DNA of 64,000 nt, from NCBI GenBank assembly GCA_964016885.1, contig OZ024741.1:388182001-388246000 (forward strand). Reading direction: 5' to 3'. Of this stretch, positions 1 to 12,200 are shown one piece after another. Numbering within the stretch: the first letter of the stretch is position 1; the number at the start of each line of letters is the position of its first letter. Source of the DNA: Eledone cirrhosa. Taxonomy: Eukaryota. Position numbers and translations under genes: made by a program. The notes under the pieces are model-generated. The model was not told the origin of the DNA and searched no databases. It worked only from the letters and a program-made list of their open reading frames with translations.

Positions 1-525
1 TCAGTTGTGGGTTGGTGAGGCTATTTAACCCATAGTTAGGGTGGATGGCTGTTGACTGAGGAGTTCATCCACCCTTTAACTGTTCGTTTTTTGTGCTTAT
101 GGGTTAACCAGTTTAGTCACTGGCCACTTGACCATGAAGTAGGTTGTACTGGGTTACATGGTAGACAGTTACAAGTATGACAGGTGTGAGCTGTAAAAAA
201 AAGTCCTGGTCAAGCAGATACACGTTCAAAGATATTTAAACCTGTGTCCCTTCATCACTTCATGTATTTTAGACTATATGAGCCAATGTCTTTCTTTTTA
301 AAGATAGTAGAGTGTGCTCTGAAGGAGATTTGGTTGCTATTTCTAGCAATTTGAATCACCCTGTAGAGACTCTCTTGTTTCTTTGTTGTGAGTGGTAGTT
401 CAACAACAGTGTGGAGTTTCTTGATAGAATGGCTGCATACACTTTCAAATGGGTATGTGTTATGAGTTGCTATGATTATTTTTTTGTATATATTTTCTCC
501 TGAGTTTCTTCTGTTATTGCTTCAG

Positions 526-634
526 GTATGATAGGCTATGGGATGGCTAAAGCTGCTGTTCATCAATTGACCAAAAGTTTGGCCGGTGATAAAAGTGGAC
601 TCCCTGCTCATGCTGTTGCTTTTGCTACCTTGCC
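526..634 (+). CDS. QDPR: Dihydropteridine reductase, internal coding exon (109 bp; equivalent to human exon 5)
   Basis: Bounded by ttcag| and |gtaagt. Translates (G)[36 protein letters not shown], with the SDR catalytic YxxxK motif (YGMAK). Closely matches human [31 protein letters not shown] as recalled. Upstream exons lie outside the window. Confidence 0.96.
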
Positions 635-742
635 GTAAGTTCTAAGCATCCCCTTACTTAAAAGACATGTTAATGCTTTCATGCCTGTTTAATGATTTTT
701 ATTTTATCTTCCAAAACATAAACTAACGTTAAAGTATAAGGA

Positions 743-956
743 AACTTGCCCAAGATAACAGCTACAATTGCTCAAGGACTGTTATGATGTGCAGGACATT
801 GCTGGAGAAATAAGCAGGAAGTTATACACAAGCTACTGTTGTGGCAAACAACTGGAACTCAAACAATACAAACCTCAGTAGGAAGCGGTTGTCAGGAGCA
901 ATGGAAAATTGTGATTTTGTCAGGAATATTTGACTGGTCGCAATGATGATTATGAT
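743..956 (+). mobile_element. Decayed RTE-like non-LTR retrotransposon 3' fragment
   Basis: Frame from 743 reads NLPKITATIAQGLL*CAGHCWRNKQEVIHKLLLWQ, resembling the post-RT 'LP..S.TI..RRL..AGHCWR...E....LLW' region of RTE-type LINEs. It has an in-frame stop and ends in an ATG/ATT-like tail at about 943-956. Confidence 0.6.
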
Positions 957-1052
957 CTGCCAACTTGGAGATATCTACTTTTCTGAACATCTTTCAATTC
1001 TTACAGTTGCATCTAGAGATGCTGAACTGAATTCTTTAAATCATTTCAAAAT

Positions 1053-1098
1053 TCATCATCATCATCGTTTAACATCTATCTTCCACGCTAGCATGGGT
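1053..1098. repeat. Short fragment of an interspersed repeat with a (CAT)n end
   Basis: atcgtttaacatctatcttccacgctagcatgggt aligns with 2446-2480 atcatttaatatccatcttccctgctagcaagggt (about 29/35). Preceded by (CAT)4. Confidence 0.5.
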
Positions 1099-1469
1099 GC
1101 AACCAATGCCATCATGAAAAGTGGATGTGAAATGATAAAAAAAAAAAAATGATAGGCGATTGAGTATTGTCATATTTATGTAATAAAAGCATTAAAACTC
1201 CAAAATTAGAATAAATATTAGTGGATTATTTTCCATTCTTTTCGTTGCGAGGGAGACAACTTGTGACTTTTCACCAAAAATGAACTGACTTATTGAACTA
1301 TTCTATACATAAGCTAATTATGTGTTAAAAGAAAAGACGGTCTATAATTTTCAAATCATTTTGAAAATAATAAAGAATTTGGAAAGTTGTAATTAAATAA
1401 AAAGTAAAATTTATTTTTGCTCTAACATGGTGGATACGTAAATGTATTTGTGAGTGAATAATAATATAA

Positions 1470-1543
1470 TATTGGGTCATCAAGTATAAAATTTGTAGAA
1501 ATTTGATTTTTTTTCTACAAATTTCGTACTTGACGACCCAATT
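1470..1543. mobile_element. Palindromic mini-MITE (Tc1/mariner-like, MADE-type architecture)
   Basis: 31-bp arms at 1471-1501 and 1512-1542 match at 28/31 as inverted repeats, with a 10-bp spacer. Begins TA-TTGGGT; the right-hand TA is degenerate (TT). Confidence 0.65.
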
Positions 1544-1794
1544 GTAATGATATTATTATTAATATGTGGTTTGTTTGTAAGCAAACAGCTTCATTAACCC
1601 CATGTGTGTTTTCTAGATGACGATGTCATCCTTTTGTTGCAGTGGTAGCTGAAAGAAACAGTCAACAATTGTTTCGGAGTTGTTACTCCTTATAACTTGT
1701 CACAGTTTTGGTAAAAACATTAAGTAAATATACAGAAATATATGCTTGTTGGTATGGGAGGAAAATATATTTCGAAATTATAAAATTCTTAAGT

Positions 1795-2430
1795 TAGACA
1801 GGTCTTCTGTGGCCTACCCTTTGGTCTTTTCCCACCAACTGCCAACCATGACATTGCTGTTCTTGCTGGTATATTGTCCCCCCATTTCTAGGACATGCGC
1901 TGCTAGCTGCATTTTTCTGCTCTGGATGACAAGACTCAGGCATGTGGCATTGGCTCTTGGAAGCACATCTTTGTTTGTGGTCTTGTCTTGCCAGGATCTT
2001 TTGATGATATCTTTATTGGAAAATATCAAGTTATTTTTCAGTTCTAGCAGTACTCTTCCATGTGTCAGCAGCATGGGTTGTTTTTGAAATAACAATTGAC
2101 CACAATAATCCCAATTTCGTTTGTGATGTGAGCTTTTTTTATTGCCAAAGCTCAACTATAATACTCACCACATTATTATACTTAAATGTTTTTAATGCTC
2201 CATACATTAAATATGTTGATTCTCATCCACTTCTCTGAATCAGCAAAGACATAAACTGCTGTCATATGAGAAATCAACTGATTACACAAAAGTTAGATTT
2301 TACTGCTGGCAGGATCTTAACCATCTCATTGAACGGTGATTTGATGATTCAACCAGAGAGAGAAATGGAGAGCAAGGTGTAAATATAGGGTAACAAAATA
2401 ATTGTTTCAAGTCTGAATACTGTGTCCCCA
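1795..2430 (-). mobile_element. Decayed RTE-clade LINE ORF fragment
   Basis: Minus-strand ORF 1814-2155 contains SWQDKTTNKDVLPRA...IQSRKMQLAAHVLEM. After a frameshift it reads GKRPKGRPQKT (about 1798-1833). These match the RTE C-terminal signatures 'I.WQD.V.N.EVL.RA', 'RRL.W.GHV.RM' and 'GKR..GRP.K.W'. Stops and frameshifts are present; the upstream boundary is approximate. Confidence 0.7.
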
Positions 2431-2445
2431 GAATGTAGAAACCAT

Positions 2446-2710
2446 ATCATTTAATATCCATCTTCCCTGCTAGCAAGGGTTGGATGGGTCTTCATAGACT
2501 GTCCATACTCAAATGGAGATACTGACTTCTCAGATGGGACAGTGGCCTATATCTTGTTTACATACCTTCGCATGCTCTACCTAGTGCAATCTATCATAGC
2601 ACCTGTACTAGGGAAGTTATGTCATTGACCCAGCTGAAGAGTCCTTCTGATCCATTGTTTGGTAGATTTTTCTATGGCTGGATACTCTTCCTATAACCAT
2701 TTTGCTGAGT
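2446..2710. repeat. Degenerate interspersed repeat (same family as 1053-1098)
   Basis: 5' part matches 1064-1098. The segment tttttctatggctggatactcttcct at about 2668-2693 resembles a common cephalopod repeat from memory (not verified). Boundaries are approximate. Confidence 0.35.
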
Positions 2711-2821
2711 ATACTCCCATGAATATATTAATTTATAAAGTTGATATTTCCAAATAGTTTCAGTTTATATTGTTTAATAGTTAATTTTAATTCCTCCATT
2801 TTTTTCATATTTATTCTTCAG

Positions 2822-2905
2822 TATAGTTTTGGATACTCCAAATAACAGGAAGTGGATGGCCAAAGCTGACCAAACTACTTGGACATCATTAGATTTTGTG
2901 TCTGA
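2822..2905 (+). CDS. QDPR: Dihydropteridine reductase, penultimate coding exon (84 bp; equivalent to human exon 6)
   Basis: Polypyrimidine tract plus ttcag| acceptor and |gtaagt donor. The phase-2 join with the previous exon is in frame (CC|T = Pro). Translates IVLDTPNNRKWMAKADQTTWTSLDFVSE, against human [28 protein letters not shown] (recalled). Confidence 0.96.
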
Positions 2906-3206
2906 GTAAGTATAACTTTTATTTCTATACTACTGTTTAATTAGAAAGAAAGGTTGGAGAGTTCACATGGGCCTTTTCAATGCCTCAGACAAGTAGAAGA
3001 AAAGTGTCCTAAAACTGGAGACCAAGTCTGAATACTTGCAACAGGGTGGACACTGCTAAAGGTATTCAAGGGTCAAGTGACAGTTTAAGTCTACCACTCT
3101 TATTATTTTTACCATTTCACTCATCACACAACTCTGTATTTTCAAGTGTTCACAGTTCACAAAGTAAAATTTGGTTGATCTGTAATGTTTAACTTCTTCA
3201 GCTGTA

Positions 3207-6200
3207 AATGTCCTGGCTATCTAACAACCCACATTGGGAAAGCCTCTACATAATGTCCTGGCTATCTAACAATCCACATTGAGAAAGTCTCTACCCAATA
3301 TCCTGGCTGAGAGAGCCTCTACCCAATATCCTGGCTGAGAAAGCCTCTACCCAATATCCTGGCTGAGAAAGCCTCTACCCAATATCCTGGCTGAGAAAGC
3401 CTCTACCCAATATCCTGGCTGAGAAAGCCTCTAGCCAATATCCTGGCTGAGAAAGCCTCTACCCAATATCCTGGCTGAGAAAGCCTCTACCCAATATCCT
3501 GGCTGAGAAAGCCTCTACCCAATATCCTGGCTGAGAAAGCCTCTACCCAATATCCTGGCTGAGAAAACCTCTACCCAATATCCTGGCTATCTAACAACCA
3601 ACATTGAGAAAGCCTCTACCCAATATCCTGGCTATCTAACAACCAACATTGAGAAAGCCTCTACCCAATGTTCTGGCTATCTAACAACCAACATTGAGAA
3701 AGCCTCTACCCAATATCCTGGCTATCTAACAACCAACATTGAGAAAGCCTCTACCCAATATCCTGGCCATCTAACAACAAGCATTGAGAAAGCCTCTACC
3801 CAATGTTCTGGCTATCTAACAACCAACATTGAGAAAGCCTCTACCCAATATCCTGGCTATCTAACAACCCACATTGAGAAAGCCTCTACCCAATGTCCTG
3901 GCTATCTAACAACCCACATTGAGAAAGCCTCTACCCAATGTCCTGGCTATCTAACAACCAACATTGAGAAAGCCTCTACCCAATATCCTGGCCATCTAAC
4001 AACCAACATTGAGAAAGCCTCTACCCAATATCCTGGCCATCTAACAACCCACATTGAGAAAGCCTCTACCCAATATCCTGGCCATCTAACAACCAACATT
4101 AAGAAAGCCTCTACCCAATGTCCTGGCTATCTAACAACCAACATTGAGAAAGCCTCTACCCAATATCCTGGCCATCTGACAACCAACATTAAGAAAGCCT
4201 CTACCCAATATCCTGGCCATCTAACAACCCACATTGAGAAAGCCTCTACCCAATATCCTGGCCATCTAACAACCAACATTAAGAAAGCCTCTACCCAATG
4301 TCCTGGCTATCTAACAAGCCACATTGAGAAAGCCTCTACCCAATGTCCTGGCTATCTAACAACCAACATTGAGAAAGCCTCTACCCAATATTCTGGCTAT
4401 CTAACAACCCACATTGAGAAAGTCTCTACCCAATATCCTGGCCATCTAACAACCAACATTAAGAAAGCCTCTACCCAATATCCTGGCCATCTAACAACCA
4501 ACATTAAGAAAGCCTCTACCCAATGTCCTGGCTATCTAACAACCCACATTGAGAAAGCCTCTACCCAATATCCTGGCCATCTAACAACCAACATTAAGAA
4601 AGCCTCTACCCAATATACTGGCTATCTAACAACCCACATTGAGAAAGCCTCTACCCAATATCCTGGCCATCTAACAACCAACATTAAGAAAGCCTCTACC
4701 CAATATCCTGGCCATCTAACAACCAACATTAAGAAAGCCTCTACCCAATGTCCTGGCTATCTAACAACCCACATTGAGAAAGCCTCTACCCAATATCCTG
4801 GCCATCTAACAACCAACATTAAGAAAGCCTCTACCCAATATCCTGGCTATCTAACAACCAACATTGAGAAAGCCTCTACCCAATATCCTGGCCATCTAAC
4901 AACCAACATTAAGAAAGCCTCTACCCAATGTCCTGGCTATCTAACAACCAACATTGAGAAAGCCTCTACCCAATATCCTGGCTATCTAACAACCAACATT
5001 AAGAAAGCCTCTACCCAATATCCTGGCTATCTAACAACCCACATTGAGAAAGCCTCTACCCAATATCCTGGCTATCTAACAACCCACATTGAGAAAGCCT
5101 CTACCCAATATCCTGGCCATCTAACAACCAACATTAAGAAAGCCTCTACCCAATATCCTGGCCATCTAACAACCAACATTGAGAAAGCCTCTACCCAATA
5201 TCCTGGCTGAGAAAGCCTCTACCCAATATCCTGGCTGAGAAAACCTCTACCCAATATCCTGGCTATCTAACAACCAACATTGAGAAAGCCTCTACCCAAT
5301 ATCCTGGCTATCTAACAACCAACATTGAGAAAGCCTCTACCCAATATCCTGGCTATCTAACAACCAACATTGAGAAAGCCTCTACCCAATATCCTGGCTA
5401 TCTAACAACCAACATTGAGAAAGCCTCTACCCAATATCCTGGCTATCTAACAACCAACATTGAGAAAGCCTCTACCCAATATCCTGGCTATCTAACAACC
5501 AACATTGAGAAAGCCTCTACCCAATATCCTGGCTATCTAACAACCAACATTGAGAAAGCCTCTACCCAATATCCTGGCCATCTAACAACCAACATTGAGA
5601 AAGCCTCTACCCAATATCCTGGCTATCTAACAACCAACATTGAGAAAGCCTCTACCCAATATCCTGGCTATCTAACAACCAACATTGAGAAAGCCTCTAC
5701 CCAATATCCTGGCTATCTAACAACCAACATTGAGAAAGCCTCTACCCAATGTTCTGGCTATCTAACAACCAACATTGAGAAAGCCTCTACCCAATATCCT
5801 GGCTATCTAACAAACAACATTGAGAAAGCCTCTACCCAATGTTCTGGCTATCTAACAACCAACATTGAGAAAGCCTCTACCCAATATCCTGGCTATCTAA
5901 CAACCAACATTGAGAAAGCCTCTACCCAATGTTCTGGCTATCTAACAACCAACATTGAGAAAGCCTCTACCCAATATCCTGGCTATCTAACAACCAACAT
6001 TGAGAAAGCCTCTACCCAATATCCTGGCCATCTAACAACCAGCATTGAGAAAGCCTCTACCCAATGTTCTGGCTATCTAACAACCAACATTGAGAAAGCC
6101 TCTACCCAATATCCTGGCTATCTAACAACCCACATTGAGAAAGCCTCTACCCAATGTCCTGGCTATCTAACAACCCACATTGAGAAAGCCTCTACCCAAT

Positions 6201-9200
6201 GTCCTGGCTATCTAACAACCCACATTGAGAAAGCCTCTACCCAATATCCTGGCCATCTAACAACCAACATTGAGAAAGCCTCTACCCAATATCCTGGCCA
6301 TCTAACAACCAACATTGAGAAAGCCTCTACCCAATATCCTGGCCATCTAACAACCCACATTGAGAAAGCCTCTACCCAATATCCTGGCCATCTAACAACC
6401 AACATTAAGAAAGCCTCTACCCAATGTCCTGGCTATCTAACAACCCACATTGAGAAAGCCTCTACCCAATATCCTGGCCATCTGACAACCAACATTAAGA
6501 AAGCCTCTACCCAATATCCTGGCCATCTAACAACCCACATTGAGAAAGCCTCTACCCAATATCCTGGCCATCTAACAACCAACATTAAGAAAGCCTCTAC
6601 CCAATGTCCTGGCTATCTAACAAGCCACATTGAGAAAGCCTCTACCCAATGTCCTGGCTATCTAACAACCAACATTGAGAAAGCCTCTACCCAATATTCT
6701 GGCTACTAACAACCCACATTGAGAAAGCCTCTACCCAATATCCTGGCCATCTAACAACCAACATTAAGAAAGCCTCTACCCAATATCCTGGCCATCTAAC
6801 AACCAACATTGAGAAAGCCTCTACCCAATATCCTGGCCATCTAACAACCAACATTAAGAAAGCCTCTACCCAATATCCTGGCCATCTAACAACCAACATT
6901 AAGAAAGCCTCTACCCAATGTCCTGGCTATCTAACAACCCACATTGAGAAAGCCTCTACCCAATATCCTGGCCATCTAACAACCAACATTAAGAAAGCCT
7001 CTACCCAATATACTGGCTATCTAACAACCCACATTGAGAAAGCCTCTACCCAATATCCTGGCCATCTAACAACCAACATTAAGAAAGCCTCTACCCAATA
7101 TCCTGGCCATCTAACAACCAACATTAAGAAAGCCTCTACCCAATGTCCTGGCTATCTAACAACCCACATTGAGAAAGCCTCTACCCAATATCCTGGCCAT
7201 CTAACAACCAACATTAAGAAAGCCTCTACCCAATATCCTGGCTATCTAACAACCAACATTGAGAAAGCCTCTACCCAATATCCTGGCCATCTAACAACCA
7301 ACATTAAGAAAGCCTCTACCCAATGTCCTGGCTGTCTAACAACCAACATTGAGAAAGCCTCTACCCAATGTCCTGGCTGTCTAACAACCAACATTGAGAA
7401 AGCCTCTACCCAATATCCTGGCCATCTAACAACCAACATTGAGAAAGCCTCTACCCAATGTCCTGGCTATCTAACAACCCACATTGAGAAAGCCTCTACC
7501 CAATATCCTGGCTATCTAACAACCCACATTGAGAAAGCCTCTACCCAATATCCTGGCCATCTAACAACCAACATTAAGAAAGCCTCTACCCAATATCCTG
7601 GCTATCAAACAACCAACATTGAGAAAGCCTCTACCCAATATCCTGGCCATCTAACAACCAACATTAAGAAAGCCTCTACCCAATGTCCTGGCTATCTAAC
7701 AACCAACATTGAGAAAGCCTCTACCCAATATCCTGGCCATCTAACAACCAACATTAAGAAAGCCTCTACCCAATATACTGGCTATCTAACAACCCACATT
7801 GAGAAAGCCTCTACCCAATATCCTGGCCATCTAACAACCAACATTAAGAAAGCCTCTACCCAATATCCTGGCCATCTAACAACCCACATTGAGAAAGCCT
7901 CTACCCAATATCCTGGCCATCTAACAACCAACATTAAGAAAGCCTCTACCCAATATCCTGGCTATCTAACAACCAACATTGAGAAAGCCTCTACCCAATA
8001 TCCTGGCCATCTAACAACCAACATTAAGAAAGCCTCTACCCAATGTCCTGGCTATCTAACAACCAACATTGAGAAAGCCTCTACCCAATATCCTGGCCAT
8101 CTAACAACCAACATTAAGAAAGCCTCTACCCAATGTCCTGGCTATCTAACAACCAACATTGAGAAAGCCTCTACCCAATATCCTGGACATCTAACAACCA
8201 ACATTAAGAAAGCCTCTACCCAATATACTGGCTATCTAACAACCCACATTGAGAAAGCCTCTACCCAATATCCTGGCCATCTAACAACCAACATTAAGAA
8301 AGCCTCTACCCAATATCCTGGCCATCTAACAACCCACATTGAGAAAGCCTCTACCCAATATCCTGGCCATCTAACAACCAACATTAAGAAAGCCTCTACC
8401 CAATGTTCTGGCTATCTAACAAGCCACATTGAGAAAGCCTCTACCCAATGTCCTGGCTATCTAACAACCAACATTGAGAAAGCCTCTACCCAATATTCTG
8501 GCTATCTAACAACCCACATTGAGAAAGTCTCTACCCAATATCCTGGCCATCTAACAACCAACATTAAGAAAGCCTCTACCCAATATCCTGGCCATCTAAC
8601 AACCAACATTAAGAAAGCCTCTACCCAATGTCCTGGCTATCTAACAACCCACATTGAGAAAGCCTCTACCCAATATCCTGGCCATCTAACAACCAACATT
8701 AAGAAAGCCTCTACCCAATATACTGGCTATCTAACAACCCACATTGAGAAAGCCTCTACCCAATATCCTGGCCATCTAACAACCAACATTAAGAAAGCCT
8801 CTACCCAATATCCTGGCCATCTAACAACCAACATTAAGAAAGCCTCTACCCAATGTCCTGGCTATCTAACAACCCACATTGAGAAAGCCTCTACCCACCA
8901 TCCTGGCCCTCTAACAACCCACATTGAGAAAGCCTCTACCCAATATCCTGGCTATCTAACAACCCACATTGAGAAAGCCTCTACCCAATATCCTGGCCAT
9001 CTAACAACCAACATTAAGAAAGCCTCTACCCAATATCCTGGCCATCTAACAACCAACATTGAGAAAGCGTCTACTCAATATCCTGGCTGAGAAAGCCTCT
9101 ACCCAATATCCTGGCTGAGAAAACCTCTACCCAATATCCTGGCTATCTAACAACCAACATTGAGAAAGCCTCTACCCAATATCCTGGCTATCTAACAACC

Positions 9201-12200
9201 AACATTGAGAAAGCCTCTACACAATATCCTGGCTATCTAACAACCAACATTGAGAAAGCCTCTACCCAATATCCTGGCCATCTAACAACCAACATTGAGA
9301 AAGCCTCTACCCAATATCCTGGCTATCTAACAACCAACATTGAGAAAGCCTCTACCCAATATCCTGGCTATCTAACAACCAACATTGAGAAAGCCTCTAC
9401 CCAATATCCTGGCTATCTAACAACCAACATTGAGAAAGCCTCTACCCAATGTTCTGGCTATCTAACAACCAACATTGAGAAAGCCTCTACCCAATATCCT
9501 GGCTATCTAACAACCAACATTGAGAAAGCCTCTACCCAATGTTCTGGCTATCTAACAACCAACAGTGAGAAAGCCTCTACCCAATATCCTGGCTATCTAA
9601 CAACCAACATTGAGAAAGCCTCTACCCAATATCCTGGCCATCTAACAACCAGCATTGAGAAAGCCTCTACCCAATGTTCTGGCTATCTAACAACCAACAT
9701 TGAGAAAGCCTCTACCCAATATCCTGGCTATCTAACAACCCACATTGAGAAAGCCTCTACCCAATGTCCTGGCTATCTAACAACCCACATTGAGAAAGCC
9801 TCTACCCAATGTCCTGGCTATCTAACAACCCACATTGAGAAAGCCTCTACCCAATATCCTGGCCATCTAACAACCAACATTGAGAAAGCCTCTACCCAAT
9901 ATCCTGGCTATCTAACAACCCACATTGAGAAAGCCTCTACCCAATGTCCTGGCTATCTAACAACCCACATTGAGAAAGCCTCTACCCAATATCCTGGCCA
10001 TCTAACAACCAACATTGAGAAAGCCTCTACCCAATATCCTGGCCATCTAACAACCCACATTGAGAAAGCCTCTACCCAATATCCTGGCCATCTAACAACC
10101 AACATTAAGAAAGCCTCTACCCAATGTCCTGGCTATCTAACAACCCTCATTGAGAAAGCCTCTACCCAATATCCTGGCCATCTGACAACCAACATTAAGA
10201 AAGCCTCTACCCAATATCCTGGCCATCTAACAACCCACATTGAGAAAGCCTCTACCCAATATCCTGGCCATCTAACAACCAACATTAAGAAAGCCTCTAC
10301 CCAATGTCCTGGCTATCTAACAAGCCACATTGAGAAAGCCTCTACCCAATGTCCTGGCTATCTAACAACCAACATTGAGAAAGCCTCTACCCAATATTCT
10401 GGCTATCTAACAACCCACATTGAGAAAGCCTCTAGCCAATATCCTGGCCATCTAACAACCAACATTAAGAAAGCCTCTACCCAATATCCTGGCCATCTAA
10501 CAACCAACATTGAGAAAGCCTCTACCCAATATCCTGGCCATCTAACAACCAACATTAAGAAAGCCTCTACCCAATATCCTGGCCATCTAACAACCAACAT
10601 TAAGAAAGCCTCTACCCAATATCCTGGCCATCTAACAACCAACATTGAGAAAGCCTCTACCCAATATCCTGGCTATCTAACAACCAACATTGAGAAAGCC
10701 TCTACCCAATATCCTGGCTATCTAACAACCAACATTGAGAAAGCCTCTACCCAATATCCTGGCTATCTAACAACCAACATTGAGAAAGCCTCTACCCAAT
10801 GTTCTGGCTATCTAACAACCAACATTGAGAAAGCCTCTACCCAATATCCTGGCTATCTAACAACCAACATTGAGAAAGCCTCTACCCAATGTTCTGGCTA
10901 TCTAACAACCAACATTGAGAAAGCCTCTACCCAATATCCTGGCTATCTAACAACCAACATTGAGAAAGCCTCTACCCAATATCCTGGCTATCTAACAACC
11001 AACATTGAGAAAGCCTCTACCCAATGTTCTGGCTATCTAACAACCAACATTGAGAAAGCCTCTACCCAATATTCTGGCTATCTAACAACCAACATTGAGA
11101 AAGCCTCTACCCAATATCCTGGCTATCTAACAACCAACATTGAGAAAGCCTCTACCCAATGTTCTGGCTATCTAACAACCAACATTGAGAAAGCCTCTAC
11201 CCAATATCCTGGCTATCTAACAACCAACATTGAGAAAGCCTCTACCCAATATCCTGGCCATCTAACAACCAGCATTAAGAAAGCCTCTACCCAATGTTCT
11301 GGCTATCTAACAACCAACATTGAGAAAGCCTCTACCCAATATCCTGGCTATCTAACAACCCACATTGAGAAAGCCTCTACCCAATGTCCTGGCTATCTAA
11401 CAACCCACATTGAGAAAGCCTCTACCCAATATCCTGGCTATCTAACAACCCACATTGAGAAAGCCTCTACCCAATATCCTGGCCATCTAACAACCAACAT
11501 TGAGAAAGCCTCTACCCAATATCCTGGCCATCTAACAACCAACATTGAGAAAGCCTCTACCCAATATCCTGGCCATCTAACAACCCACATTGAGAAAGCC
11601 TCTACCCAATATCCTGGCCATCTAACAACCAACATTAAGAAAGCCTCTACCCAATGTCCTGGCTATCTAACAACCCACATTGAGAAAGCCTCTACCCAAT
11701 ATCCTGGCCATCTGACAACCAACATTAAGAAAGCCTCTACCCAATATCCTGGCCATCTAACAACCAACATTGAGAAAGCCTCTACCCAATATCCTGGCCA
11801 TCTAACAACCAACATTAAGAAAGCCTCTACCCAATATCCTGGCCATCTAACAACCAACATTAAGAAAGCCTCTACCCAATGTCCTGGCTATCTAACAACC
11901 CACATTGAGAAAGCCTCTACCCAATATCCTGGCCATCTAACAACCAACATTAAGAAAGCCTCTACCCAATATACTGGCTATCTAACAACCCACATTGAGA
12001 AAGCCTCTACCCAATATCCTGGCCATCTAACAACCAACATTAAGAAAGCCTCTACCCAATATCCTGGCCATCTAACAACCAACATTAAGAAAGCCTCTAC
12101 CCAATGTCCTGGCTATCTAACAACCCACATTGAGAAAGCCTCTACCCAATATCCTGGCCATCTAACAACCAACATTAAGAAAGCCTCTACCCAATATCCT

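Noticed and set aside
200-375. Possible interspersed repeat fragment (gaaggagatttggttgctatttctagca)
   Set aside because: Resembles a recalled octopus repeat, but there is no second copy or structural hallmark in this window to support a call.
943-2087. Short + strand ORFs 943-1152 and 1746-2087
   Set aside because: Intronic, overlapping decayed repeats, no recognisable protein features.
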